Positions 30,821 to 41,261 are shown, counted from the first letter of the stretch. The stretch: 64,000 nt of DNA from Candidatus Latescibacterota bacterium (GCA_965261395.1 OZ253462.1:5216001-5280000); one strand, 5' to 3'. The notes: generated by a model not told the origin, from the sequence alone. Numbers and translations are program-made.

Positions 30821-31127
30821 AGCTATGTCTCCATTTTTAACTTTTTCGCTGACGATACGCCTGCACTTTCCAGCATCGTTGTCCGCCGGGAATTGTAATG
30901 GTCTATCCTTCGCGGGTGTACTCTATAAGGTACCTGCAAAATGCACGATTCGCCTGAGAAGCGTCAAGCGGTTACATCCAACTCGTCGAGGAGGAACACT
31001 GGAAACGTATGGACCGAAGTGGTGCTTCTGCGTCCTCGACAGCGTCCGTCTCCGTTTCCTATCTTCCCCAGTCAGGCACAAAGCCCGCTGTCCGAAATCC
31101 CGGGCAGCCAACCCGTGAGCGCACCCA

Positions 31128-32653
31128 TGACTGCTGAAAACCGAATCGAACGGATGGAAGCGCAGATCCGAGAGGCCGGCGATCTCGCTGCCGCCTTGGC
31201 CCGCGACCCGCATCGGCCAGCCTATCACTTCACGCCGCCAGCCGCGTGGATGAACGACATCAACGGAGCCCTGTTCTGGAAGGGTCGCTACCACATCTTC
31301 TATCAGTACAACCCGGACGGCGCCTACTGGAATCTCATTCAATGGGGCCACGCCTCCAGCACCGACCTCGTGCATTGGGTCCACCATCCGGTGGCGCTGA
31401 CGCCGGAAGCGGACGGACCGGACCGCATCGGCTGCTTTAGCGGCGGGGCCTTGGTCAGCAAGGAAGGGATTCCGACGCTGATCTACTACGGCAATCCCGA
31501 CGGCCTCTGCCTCGCCCGCAGCAGCGACGATCTGCTGATCGAGTGGACGAAAGATCCGGGCAATCCGGTGATCCCCCAGCCGGAAGAAGGAAGCGCCGAC
31601 TTCGGCCGCTACACCATCCACGATCCCTGCGGGTGGTTGGCAGGCGACCTCTACTACGCCGCCATCAACAAACGCGATCCGCAAGACCAAGGGGATGCAG
31701 CGTACCTGTTCAAATCGACGGATCTGCGCACCTGGGAGTTCGCCGGTTTGTTCTACCAGTCGCGACGGGAGTGGACCGAAGGAGGCGAAGACTGCGCCGT
31801 ACCGGACTGTTTTCCACTCGGCGACCGGCACCTGCTGGTCTTCTGTAGCCATTTGCAGGGAACCCAGTACTACATCGGCCAGGTCCGGGACGAACGGTTT
31901 TATCCCGAGGTTCACGGGCGCATGAGCTGGGAAGGAGGTCAGCTCGGCGGCCCGCGAACCCTGCTGGACGCAACAGGCCGGCGCATCTTCTTCGATTGGA
32001 TCCGCGAGCTGCGCGGCGGCGAGCGCGAGCGCACCTCGGGATGGTCGGGCGTTATGACCGTTCCGCGCCTGTTGTCGCTGGACCCCAGCGGTCACCTGCA
32101 GATCGACCCAGCCCCAGAGTTGGAGGTGTTGCGGCTGGATCAGCACCGACATGGGTCCATTGACGTGGCCGTCGATTCCGAGGTAGTGGTCGAGAGAGTC
32201 GGCGGTGACTGCTTGGAATTGGCCGTTGAGATCGATCCGCAGGAAGCGCGGGAAGTGGGGCTGAAGGTTCGGCGCTCCCCAGGGGGCGAGGAGGAAACAG
32301 CCATCTCCTACGATGCCGCAGCCGCCGTGCTGCGGATTGACGTCAGCCGGTCGTCGCTCGACCGCGAGATACGCTACACCCGCTACCGCAGTCTCCAGCC
32401 GCATCTGGCCGAGAGCGAGCAGTACGTCACCGCCCAAGAAGGGCCGTTCGAACTGGCCCCGGACGAACTGCTGACCCTGCGCATCTTCTTGGACCGTTCG
32501 ATCCTCGAAGTCTTTGCCAATCGCCGACAATGCGTGACCCAGCGCATCTATCCGACGCGAACCGACAGCATCGGCGTTAGCCTGTTTGCACGCGGAGGTA
32601 ACGCCAAGGTGCAGTCGCTGCAAGCCTGGACTCTGGCCCCGACGCGGATGTGA
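31128..32653 (+). CDS. Glycoside hydrolase family 32
   Basis: WMNDING, YQYNP, WGHASS.DLVHW, FSG, HDP, D.S.LEVF; start uncertain (ATG 31128). Confidence 0.88.
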
Positions 32654-32750
32654 TACCCTCCGTACTAAAGGGCACGTCCCAGCTCTCCGGTGGCGCGCAT
32701 CCTGCGCAACAAACAGAGTCGTCTGAAAATGCACGAGTCCCCCAGAAGCG

Positions 32751-33758
32751 TTAATCAATCGCGTCCTGTTTCAAGTACTTGACCACCTCGTATAGGGTAG
32801 TGCAGATGCGCTCGCCAGCCGCCGTGTAAAGCCGCCAAACCGTGCCGCCGTTGTCGTGGATGATCTCGACGCACGTCGGCGCGTCTTCCGCCACGCGAAA
32901 CCCCGCCCGTTCCAACGCGCGCGCGGTCCACAGGGCATGGATCCCTTCCCCAACCAAGCCGATCTCTCCTTCCGGCTCTTGCGCCAGATGAAAAGAACCA
33001 ATGGCCGGGTCGAATTCCACGTCCGCAAACGTCCGTTGAAAAGCCCCGCTCAACACCAAGTCTTCCGGTGCCCCAGTTTGCAAAGGACCATCCAGCGGCA
33101 GCAGCCAGAGGCGGTCGGCACAGCGCAGGGCCAAGTCCAAATCGTGCGTAGAAAGCAAGACGGCGCGATCGCTATCGCCGACCAAGCGGCGCAACAACTG
33201 CACGATTTCTACCCGCCGCGGCAAGTCCAAAAAGGCTGTAGGCTCGTCGAGGAGCAGCACCGCTGGTTCCTGTGCCAAGGCGCGGGCAATCATCACCTTT
33301 TGCCGTTCGCCATCGCTTAGTTCGCCGACGCTGCGCGCGGCCAAGTCCCTAGCCCCCACTGCGTCAATAGCCCAGCGCACCACCTCTTCGTCCGCAGGGG
33401 AAAGGCTGCCGTCCCAGCCCGTGTACGGATAGCGACCGAGCGCCACGAGTGCATAGGCCGACAAGTTGCCCACATCCACCCGCTCGGTCAGGACTAAGCC
33501 CAAAAGCCGCGCCCGTTCGCTATCGGTCAGCCCGTGCAGGTCGCGGTCTTCGAGAAGCACCTCGCCAGCCAGCGGCTTTTGCAGGCCAGCCAGCGTGCGC
33601 ATGAGCGTGGATTTGCCAGCACCATTGGGTCCCAACAAGCAAACCAGTTCCCCCTTGAGCAATTCCACGCCAAGGTCCGCGGCCACGGTAATGCGCGGGC
33701 GTCGCTTGGGCGCGTAGCCAATGCACAGGCCGCGCGTTTGTAGGATGGTCGCAGCCAC
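32751..33758 (-). CDS. Cobalamin/iron-chelate ABC ATP-binding protein
   Basis: GPNGAGKS, LSDGERQK, LDEPT, HDL; start reset to GTG 33758. Confidence 0.9.
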   Translation of the reverse strand: MAATILQTRGLCIGYAPKRRPRITVAADLGVELLKGELVCLLGPNGAGKSTLMRTLAGLQKPLAGEVLLEDRDLHGLTDSERARLLGLVLTERVDVGNLSAYALVALGRYPYTGWDGSLSPADEEVVRWAIDAVGARDLAARSVGELSDGERQKVMIARALAQEPAVLLLDEPTAFLDLPRRVEIVQLLRRLVGDSDRAVLLSTHDLDLALRCADRLWLLPLDGPLQTGAPEDLVLSGAFQRTFADVEFDPAIGSFHLAQEPEGEIGLVGEGIHALWTARALERAGFRVAEDAPTCVEIIHDNGGTVWRLYTAAGERICTTLYEVVKYLKQDAID

Positions 33759-33763
33759 GGCGT

Positions 33764-34840
33764 TCAGGCGGCAAAAGCCTGCCGCAGCGTGCGACGGCGC
33801 AAGATGATCCAAGTTACCACGGGCGCGCCGATCAGGGCGGTGACCGCGTTGAGCGGCAGGGTAGCTTCGCTGCCGGGCAAACGGGCCACCAGATCCGCAG
33901 TTAGAGCCAAAATGCCACCCAAAAGCACGCTGGCCGGCAGCAGTACGCGGTGGTCCGAGGTGTTGAAGAGAGCGCGGCACAAATGCGGCACGGCCACGCC
34001 CAAAAAGCCAATGGGACCGCAATAGGCCGTGACTGCGCCAGCCAGCAGCGCCGCACTGGCAATGATCCACAGCCGCGCCTGCCGCGCGCCCAAGCCCATA
34101 CTGCGCGCATAGGTTTCTCCGAGCAGCAGGGCATTGAGCGGTTTAACCAGCAATCCGGCAATCCCTAAACCAGCCAGCACCACCGGTGCTAAAAAGGTGA
34201 GTTGGCCCCAAGCGACCGCGCCAAAGCTGCCAAAGGTCCACAGGACGTAGGTCTGCACCTGTTCGGGAATGCTGAAGTAGAGCAATACGCTGACCACGGC
34301 ACTGGTCAGATAGCCGAACATCAGGCCGAGGATGAGCAAGGTCATGGTGTGCTGCACGCGCCGACCCACGAAAAGCACCAAGCCCAGCACTAGCGCCGCC
34401 CCAGCCACGGCCGCAACGACCACGCCGGCTTGGCCCAAAAGCCCCAGACCGGCCAAAAGCCCGCCCCCGGTGACGCCCGTGCCCAAGACGACCAACGCCA
34501 CGCCCAGACTAGCTCCGGCACTGATGCCGAGGATGAAGGGGTCGGCGAGGGGATTGCGGAACAGGGTCTGCATTTGCAAACCGCTGGCACTCAGGGCCGC
34601 GCCGGCCAATAGCGCGGTGAGCGCGCGCGGCAGGCGGATCGCGTAGATGATATGGCTCCAACTGGGCTTTTGGTCGGCTTCACCCCACAGGATGGCGACC
34701 ACCGCATCGAGGGGAATGGACACTGACCCCAAGCCTAGGCTGAGTGCAAAAAAGCCGAGTAAGGCCGCAGCCATCCCGAGGAAAAGTCCCCAGCGCGGAC
34801 CCAGTCGGGGCCATGCAGCAGTAGTGGAAGCAGATGCCAC
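33764..34840 (-). CDS. FecCD/BtuC-type ABC permease
   Basis: IRLPRA, FRNPLADP, GPIGFLG.AVPH. Confidence 0.92.
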   Translation of the reverse strand: MASASTTAAWPRLGPRWGLFLGMAAALLGFFALSLGLGSVSIPLDAVVAILWGEADQKPSWSHIIYAIRLPRALTALLAGAALSASGLQMQTLFRNPLADPFILGISAGASLGVALVVLGTGVTGGGLLAGLGLLGQAGVVVAAVAGAALVLGLVLFVGRRVQHTMTLLILGLMFGYLTSAVVSVLLYFSIPEQVQTYVLWTFGSFGAVAWGQLTFLAPVVLAGLGIAGLLVKPLNALLLGETYARSMGLGARQARLWIIASAALLAGAVTAYCGPIGFLGVAVPHLCRALFNTSDHRVLLPASVLLGGILALTADLVARLPGSEATLPLNAVTALIGAPVVTWIILRRRTLRQAFAA

Positions 34841-34847
34841 GGCGTCT

Positions 34848-36008
34848 TCAGTCCAGTTTCTGATAGAACTTGAACGCGTGTTCCGGCAGGCGGTCGGGAT
34901 ACAGGATTTTTATGAAATCGGCCAACACGATATGAGGTTCGACAAGGCCGCTTTCCCAGTAGTCGTTGCCACCGTGCGCGTTGAGCCGGGCATTGGCGTT
35001 GTACACTCGGCCGCTTTGGAATGCGGCGAACGCAGAGTAGCGCTCGTCCGCGGCCTGCACCTCGGCCAGCGAATGCCATTCGTTGCGCATGGTCAGCCAA
35101 ACGTCGGCCGCATGGGCCTTTTCGTACACAGCCTCAAAGTCCAAAGGCAGGCTTCCCCCGGAATCGTCGTCGGCCCATAGGTACGCGCCGCCGGCTGTGG
35201 CGACCAATTGCGCTGCGTAGCTCTTGCCGCCAGCGACGTGCCAAGTGTCGCGCCAGAGGGAGCCACCGAACACCGTGGGGCGTTGGTCGGTGGGTACATC
35301 CTGCACCAAAGCCGCGTATTGCTGGTACTGGGCCACAATGTCCGCAAAGCGTTTTTCAGCCAAGGCTTCCGCATTGAAAAAAGCCGCGGTGAACTTGAGC
35401 CATTCCGTGCGGCCCAAAAGCGAAGGCTCGGTGTACTCGGCGTTGATGGCCACGGCCACGCCAGCCTGCTGCAAGACCGGGTGGGCATTGTACTGGGATT
35501 GGGCCGAGGCCACCGTCATCACCACGTCGGTCTCCAATTCCAGCACTAATTCGAGATTGACCCCGGCACCGTGACCGATTTCGGCAATTTTGCCAGCCGC
35601 AAAGCGCTGGTTGACGCCGGGCGAATGCACCATCTCAATGTCGCTGACCGCGACCAAATTTTCGAGCGCGTCGAGCAATTCGAGGTGCGGCAATTGGGTG
35701 GTCGATAGCGCCGCGAGGCGGCGGATGGGTACTGTGACGAGCTGAACGCCGTCGTACCCGCCGGGTGCAGGGGTGCCGCACTGGACCAATAAATACTGGA
35801 CGGCTTCTTGCGCACCGGGCCAAGGAGTATGCACGGTGACTACTTTGTAGTTGTTGAAGTACTCAATCGCGAAACTCTCGGCGTATTGTAGTTCGGCCTT
35901 GTGGGGGAAATAGTCCTTCGCCGAATCGTAGGTATCGACGCAGTCGGCCCCATTCGCCGCCGACACGCCGAAGACCAGCCACGCCCAAAAACACACTTTG
36001 CGCATCAA
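34848..36008 (-). CDS. Cobalamin/iron ABC substrate-binding protein
   Basis: Signal peptide; LGRTEWLKF, GGNDYWESG. Confidence 0.85.
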   Translation of the reverse strand: MMRKVCFWAWLVFGVSAANGADCVDTYDSAKDYFPHKAELQYAESFAIEYFNNYKVVTVHTPWPGAQEAVQYLLVQCGTPAPGGYDGVQLVTVPIRRLAALSTTQLPHLELLDALENLVAVSDIEMVHSPGVNQRFAAGKIAEIGHGAGVNLELVLELETDVVMTVASAQSQYNAHPVLQQAGVAVAINAEYTEPSLLGRTEWLKFTAAFFNAEALAEKRFADIVAQYQQYAALVQDVPTDQRPTVFGGSLWRDTWHVAGGKSYAAQLVATAGGAYLWADDDSGGSLPLDFEAVYEKAHAADVWLTMRNEWHSLAEVQAADERYSAFAAFQSGRVYNANARLNAHGGNDYWESGLVEPHIVLADFIKILYPDRLPEHAFKFYQKLD

Positions 36009-36044
36009 ACACCTCCACCAAAAATCGACACCACCAAGATCAAC

Positions 36045-36611
36045 TTACTCATTGGTCGCGCCCTCCCCCGGCTTCCACAACACATCCGCCTCCCCGCCGT
36101 CGTTGACGGCCCGAGCCATCGCGAACAGCAAGTCGGAGAGCCGGTTGAGATACAGCAGAACCGGCTGGCCGACCGACTCTTGCTCCGCTAGCTGCCAAGT
36201 TGCACGCTCGGCGCGCCGACACACCGTACGCGCCAAGTGGAGCCAAGCGGCGGAGAGCCGTCCCCCAGGCAAGATGAAGCTCCGCAAGGGAGCCAAGTCT
36301 TGCGTGAGGCGGTCAATCTGCTGCTCTAGGAAAAGGACCTGCTGCGGCTGCACGCGCAGGCGCTCTTCTGCGCCATCCGCCTGCGGGACGCACAAATCGG
36401 CCCCCAAGTCGAAGAGATCGTTTTGCACCCGGGCGAGGACGTCGTCGTGCTCCGTGCCACTGGCTCGGGCCAGCCCTATCACCGAGTTCAGCTCATCTAC
36501 ACACCCATAAGCGGCGATGCGGGGACTCGTCTTGGGCACTTGCGACATATCGCCCAGCCGCGTCATACCGCCGTCGCCTGTCTTGGTGTAGAGCTTAGAT
36601 AGCGTAACCAT
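36045..36611 (-). CDS. ATP:cob(I)alamin adenosyltransferase (PduO type)
   Basis: LYTKTGDGG, DELNS, RTVCRRAER, NRLSDLLF. Confidence 0.95.
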   Translation of the reverse strand: MVTLSKLYTKTGDGGMTRLGDMSQVPKTSPRIAAYGCVDELNSVIGLARASGTEHDDVLARVQNDLFDLGADLCVPQADGAEERLRVQPQQVLFLEQQIDRLTQDLAPLRSFILPGGRLSAAWLHLARTVCRRAERATWQLAEQESVGQPVLLYLNRLSDLLFAMARAVNDGGEADVLWKPGEGATNE

Positions 36612-36623
36612 GCCTGTTGCCTT

Positions 36624-38033
36624 TCATTTTATCAACATCACCTTGCCCACAGCGCTTTGACTGCCAGCGCGCAACTGCACCAGATACGCGCCGTTGCCCA
36701 CCGGCTCACCTGCGGCATTGCGACCGTCCCAGTGAAGCACGTGTCGCCCGGAGCCCATCGGGCCGGAGGTCAGGGTGCGGATGGTGCGGCCCAAGACGTC
36801 GTGGACGGTCAATTCGACTGGGGTATTGGCCTGCCATACCGCAAAGGGAATCTGCACCGAGGCGTTGAAGGGATTGGGATAGGCCGCCTCCAAGGCGAAT
36901 TCCTGCGGCAAGCCGCTGTCGGCAGTCTCTTCCACGGCCGTGGGGACGGTCACACCGCCCAACACCACGATACCCTGCGGCGGCAGGCCAGTGTCGATTG
37001 GACCGCGCAGAAACGCGCCGGTGGCCGCGTCATAGAATTTGAGTCCGGCGGCGTCCGGGTCGGAGAAGGAGCCGCGGTCAGCGACAATCAAGCGGTCGCC
37101 ATCTACAGCCAAGCTGGGGATAAAACCGCCGCTGATGTTTTCCAAGGGTGCGCCCACACTGCCGCTGGATAACTCAAAGGACCGGACGCTGTTGGCAAAA
37201 TTCTCGTCCGTGACCACAGCATAGCCCCGGTTTTGATCGACGAGTACCATAGATGTAATATCCCCGCCCAAGTCCCCTTCGCTGACGGCCAATCCAAGGC
37301 TGCGGTTGGTCGCCGTATCGACGATTTCCACCCCGCCGGACCGGTCGCCAAAACCGACCACGACCCCCACGGCGATCTGCTCGCCGATCACGGCCATGCT
37401 GTTGGGATTGGCGGAGCTCAGGGCAATACCTTGTACCCCCTCGGTGTCCAGGTCCACGTCCACGAGGGTGTCGCTGTTGAGATCAACGACGATCAGATAG
37501 CTGACGTCGGCCGGTCCCCAGCCGCTGTTGCGGTCGAGGCGCTGGCAGTTCAAGTAGAGCCGGTCGCCCACGCGGACGATTTGCGATACTTCGGGCAGGC
37601 CATCCGCGTCGGCGAACGCGCTCAGATCAATTTCGCCCAATTCTGCGCCGTCCTGGGGATTGACGATCAGCAGGGATGCCGCGTCGTAGCGCGTCACATA
37701 CGCCTTGTCGGGTGCGACGATCTCAATGTCGTGCGGGTTGGCACCATTGCCCACCGAAAACTGAGTCAGAGGAGTGCGCAAATCCATCGCGTCCAGCACC
37801 AAGATATTATCCTGGCCCAAGCGGTTGACGATATAGACGCGGCCGTCGTGGTAGTGCCCCACTGCGTCCGAGTGGATGCCCAACAGATTCACCTCAGCCT
37901 CGGCAGCATCCGCGGCCAAAAAGGCCGTGCTACCAGTGGAAAAGTCCGTGGTGATGACGAAGAGGTCGCTCTGCGCCGACGACGAGTTCGCCAGCAGCAA
38001 GAGAGAGACGGCTAAAATGGAAATGCGGTACAC
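36624..38033 (-). CDS. Secreted beta-propeller (YncE/BtuG-like) with C-terminal FlgD-Ig/T9SS-like tail
   Basis: GTG 38033 with AAGGAGG RBS; signal peptide; NPHDI..V..DKAYV blades; YPNPFN...WDGRN..G..V.NG.Y tail. Confidence 0.7.
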   Translation of the reverse strand: MYRISILAVSLLLLANSSSAQSDLFVITTDFSTGSTAFLAADAAEAEVNLLGIHSDAVGHYHDGRVYIVNRLGQDNILVLDAMDLRTPLTQFSVGNGANPHDIEIVAPDKAYVTRYDAASLLIVNPQDGAELGEIDLSAFADADGLPEVSQIVRVGDRLYLNCQRLDRNSGWGPADVSYLIVVDLNSDTLVDVDLDTEGVQGIALSSANPNSMAVIGEQIAVGVVVGFGDRSGGVEIVDTATNRSLGLAVSEGDLGGDITSMVLVDQNRGYAVVTDENFANSVRSFELSSGSVGAPLENISGGFIPSLAVDGDRLIVADRGSFSDPDAAGLKFYDAATGAFLRGPIDTGLPPQGIVVLGGVTVPTAVEETADSGLPQEFALEAAYPNPFNASVQIPFAVWQANTPVELTVHDVLGRTIRTLTSGPMGSGRHVLHWDGRNAAGEPVGNGAYLVQLRAGSQSAVGKVMLIK

Positions 38034-38058
38034 GTAAATCCTCCTTAGTTCGTGGTTA

Positions 38059-38114
38059 GTAGGGGCGTCCCCTAGGGAGCGGGGCATTTGGACGCCTACA
38101 AGGGTTGCCCCTAC
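38059..38114. repeat. GTAG-type REP-like imperfect palindrome
   Basis: GTAGGGGCGTCCC...GGGTTGCCCCTAC; overlaps the stop of the TonB receptor gene. Confidence 0.65.
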
Positions 38115-40375
38115 TGGTACGCAGCATAGTGCACGGAAAGCCCATACGAGCGGCCCGGCAGCGGGTAGCCCCACAGATCGGCCACTTGATTGTCGGTCAG
38201 GTTGCGCAACTCCCAAGACAAGGAGATGCCCTCGACCAACGGCACAGTGCCGCCGAGGTTGTATAGGGCGCGGACGGGCACGGCGCGCAGATTGGCCCGG
38301 TCGAGAAAATGCCGGCTTTCACGGCTAAATTCGCCGTATAGCTCAGCACGGCCTAGGTCGAGGGAGACGCGCGTATTGAGCCGATGACGCGGCGCATTGG
38401 GCAGGTCGTTGCCCCGTTCAAAAGAGAACGGGGTGCGGTTTTCAGCGCGCTGGTATGCGTAATTCCCACGGAGCGCCAGCCTTGGCAACAGCCGCGCTTC
38501 GACCCGAGTCTCCGCGCCGCGCAGCAAGGCCCGGCCCATATTGTGGGGCCGCGACACCCGCTGTGAGTTTTGTATAAAGCGAATGAGGTTTTCAACGCGA
38601 TTGCGATAGTACACGACCTCGGTCAGAACCAGCCCCACTTCATCGGCGGGACCACGGAAAACCACGCCCAAATCCCAGTTGTGCCCTTCTTCACTGACGA
38701 GGTTGGTATTGCCGATCACCGCGCCCCGGTCGCCGAACAGTTCAAAGAAATTGGGCGCGCGCTGATAGCGGCCGTTGTGGGTCTTGAGGGCCAAGCCAGC
38801 ACCTAAATCCAGGGCCGCGCCCATGCGGTAGCCCCACAGGATTTCGCCGTTGTCCCGGCTCGGCAACACCGCACTAGGCACGAAGTTCTTCCGATCGAAA
38901 AAGCGGTCGTCAAGCCCTTCTGCCTGCGTGCCGGCGTTGAGGGTCAAGCGCTGCCCAAGCGCTACCTCCACCTCGGTCCCGACGGCCAACGCCCGGCGGC
39001 GACTGCGCAAGAACCGACTGTCGGGCCGGAGTAGATCGTCGGGCACAAAGGTTTCGTGCCGAGCCGCTACAAAAGCGGTCAGCAAGGACTGGTCGGGCAG
39101 GAGGGCATTCACTTCGCCGCGCAGGCCCAAGCCCTGAGTGATGTTGCGGTCGTGCTGGCGGCCCAAACCCACTTCGCCGCGCCGATCCCGGTATTCGTCT
39201 TTTTCGCGGGAGAGGTGGGCTTTGAGTCGGTACCCGGCGCGGCTGTGCCCCAGCGGGCCGAAGAGCGCCGCTTCGGCAATATGACGCCACGTGTCGTAGC
39301 GAGTGTGCAGCGATTGGTTGTTGCCAATGCCGGGGATGCCTTTGTAGCTCAGGTCAAAGGTGTTGTGAATCTGCAAGCGGCTGGCACCCAAGCTGCGCCC
39401 GATTTTGGCCAAGCCGCGCAAGCCGCGAAAATCGCTGTTGAGCCGTCGCGCCCAGCCGTCGTCCTGAGAGTTGTACTCGGTGCCGTTGTCGTCCCAAAAG
39501 CGGAAGTCGTTGCGGCTGGCTCGGTAGTTGACCAAGCCCAAGTACTCCCAGCCCTTATAGGGGCCGCTGAGCGAAGCACCCAGTTGGCGGGTGTCGTACG
39601 AACCGGTGGCCGTGTGCAAGCGCGTGCGGACTTTGCCACCGAGTGGCTGGGTGCGGATGTGGACCACACCCCCGAGGCTGTTGCCGCCAAAGCGCGCTGG
39701 CACCGCGCCCCGGTATATATCGACGCTTTCGACGCCGCCGATGGACAGGCCGCCTAGATCCACACCACCGCCCACGGCTTGGTTGAGCGGCACCCCATCG
39801 AGGAAAACTTGGACCTGTTCGGCGGTGGACCCGCGAATGGAAAGGGTGCTAAAACTGCCCAACCCGCCGTAGCGGCGGATGTTGACGCCGGTGGCGCGGT
39901 CGAGGGTCTGGGCCAAGTCCGCACCAGGGGCGCGCCGGTTGCCCAAGGCGATGGTTTCGACGAAGGAGGCAATATGCTTGCCCTCGGGGTCGCGGCGGGC
40001 GCGGACCACCAACTCGTCCATGAGCATGGGCAGGGATTGCAGGTGCAACTCAACTGAAGTGGGGGCTGCGCCGATCTGGATGTGGCCTTGCAGGGGCCGG
40101 TAGCCCAGCCGTTCCACGCGCAAATCCCAAGTGCCTGTTGATAGATTTTCGAGCCGGAAGGTGCCGGTCGTATCACTGCGGACGGAACGGACTGCGCCGG
40201 ATGGGGCGCTCAGCGCCAATACGGCCCCGGACACGGGACGTCCCGCGTCTGGGTCGAGCAACCGGCCCTGTAGCGACCCGGCCAAAAGAGCCTCGGGATA
40301 CAGGGCCAGTAAGAGAAAAACAATAAAAAAGCCCGTCCTCGAATGAGGGCGGGTCTGGGTGCTTGTACTAGGCAC
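38111..40375 (-). CDS. TonB-dependent receptor, probably cobalamin (BtuB-like)
   Basis: Plug SIRGS..QV.VFLDGVP, GGVVHI.T, C-terminal NLTD...YPLPGRS; directly below the B12 riboswitch. Confidence 0.88.
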   Translation of the reverse strand: MPSTSTQTRPHSRTGFFIVFLLLALYPEALLAGSLQGRLLDPDAGRPVSGAVLALSAPSGAVRSVRSDTTGTFRLENLSTGTWDLRVERLGYRPLQGHIQIGAAPTSVELHLQSLPMLMDELVVRARRDPEGKHIASFVETIALGNRRAPGADLAQTLDRATGVNIRRYGGLGSFSTLSIRGSTAEQVQVFLDGVPLNQAVGGGVDLGGLSIGGVESVDIYRGAVPARFGGNSLGGVVHIRTQPLGGKVRTRLHTATGSYDTRQLGASLSGPYKGWEYLGLVNYRASRNDFRFWDDNGTEYNSQDDGWARRLNSDFRGLRGLAKIGRSLGASRLQIHNTFDLSYKGIPGIGNNQSLHTRYDTWRHIAEAALFGPLGHSRAGYRLKAHLSREKDEYRDRRGEVGLGRQHDRNITQGLGLRGEVNALLPDQSLLTAFVAARHETFVPDDLLRPDSRFLRSRRRALAVGTEVEVALGQRLTLNAGTQAEGLDDRFFDRKNFVPSAVLPSRDNGEILWGYRMGAALDLGAGLALKTHNGRYQRAPNFFELFGDRGAVIGNTNLVSEEGHNWDLGVVFRGPADEVGLVLTEVVYYRNRVENLIRFIQNSQRVSRPHNMGRALLRGAETRVEARLLPRLALRGNYAYQRAENRTPFSFERGNDLPNAPRHRLNTRVSLDLGRAELYGEFSRESRHFLDRANLRAVPVRALYNLGGTVPLVEGISLSWELRNLTDNQVADLWGYPLPGRSYGLSVHYAAYQ
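40322..40354 (-). terminator. Possible intrinsic terminator/attenuator
   Basis: CCCGCCCTC-ATTC-GAGGACGGG stem (one mismatch) followed by CTTTTTT on the minus strand. Confidence 0.45.
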
Positions 40376-40417
40376 CGGTGGACCAACCTTTCTGCCGAAG
40401 GGTGTCGTTCACCTCGG

Positions 40418-40612
40418 TCGCAGGCAGGTCTCCTGACTTCCGGTTATGCGCCGTCCGACTCCTTCCCGATCCACATGGGGATCAGTGGCTGATGTCGGGG
40501 ACGCGACGGCTAGTGAGCCGTCAACCGTTCACAGTGGCGGGACCGCGGCAGATTTGCACTGCCTTCCCTATTCTTCCGCTGCCGTAGCCGTACAACAGCG
40601 GACACCTGCGCC
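40418..40612 (-). ncRNA. Cobalamin (AdoCbl) riboswitch
   Basis: Minus strand AGGTG...AATAGGGAAGGCAGTGCAAATCTGCCGCGGTCCCGCCACTGTGA...GCCACTG...GGGAAGG...AAGTCAGGAGACCTGCC (B12 box). Confidence 0.93.
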
Positions 40613-40792
40613 GTTATTTGATTTGGCTATTAAAAGGGCTGCGTTGGATTTCGTCAAGGGCACGCTGAAAAAACCCGTCTTCAGACTCGCGGGCTTTTCC
40701 GCGGCGATCATGGCACGGAAGTCCTCGTACACGGCCGAACCCTAACGCTGGTGAAAGGCCGTGCGCCGTTCTAAGAGCAGTTTAGCCAGCAC

Positions 40793-40963
40793 TTATCTCT
40801 CTTGCGAAGTCTGTTTTCCGCGGAGTACTCTGGCCCGATACTTCTCGTCCAACTCCTGATAATGGCGGACGAGTCTCCCCGGATCGTTCCCAACTTCTTC
40901 GGATATCTTCCGGCGGATAGCTCGAACTCGATCTATCACATCTTTAGAGTGCTCAGACATCAT
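40793..40963 (-). CDS. Small hypothetical protein, probable antitoxin of a lost PIN toxin
   Basis: DVIDRVRAIRRKISEE..ND...L; immediately upstream is a fragment LVTPLELLGGEDDV* resembling a PIN-toxin C-terminus. Confidence 0.5.
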   Translation of the reverse strand: MMSEHSKDVIDRVRAIRRKISEEVGNDPGRLVRHYQELDEKYRARVLRGKQTSQER

Positions 40964-41046
40964 CCTCACCTCCAAGGAGTTCCAAGGGCGTCACAAGATA
41001 CACTCTTCCGCTCACTGTAATCTTCCTTCATGAAGTGGGTTGACAT

Positions 41047-41110
41047 GAAGCCGTCTCTGAACCTCCGGCGGCCTTCGCTTGTAGCTCACCCGGAATTTTA
41101 AGACGGCTTC
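41047..41110. repeat. Short inverted-repeat element at the island edge
   Basis: GAAGCCGTCT...AGACGGCTTC, 10-bp perfect IR that extends imperfectly. Confidence 0.45.
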
Positions 41111-41261
41111 TAACCAAGCCCGGCAAGGCCATGTTCATGGCGTGGTCGATGCCTAGGCAGTTCGCGCTGTTCGACGATTTCGCCGAACAGCCCCTACCGC
41201 TCCCAGCAAGTCTTTCCTGTGGCCCAACGCCACAACAAAGGGGTCGGATGACAAAGCACTG

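Noticed and set aside
30923-32758. 611-aa minus-strand ORF
   Set aside because: Antisense shadow of the GH32 gene with no motifs. The same applies to other long shadows such as 7336..8832, 23912..24988 and 59465..60643.
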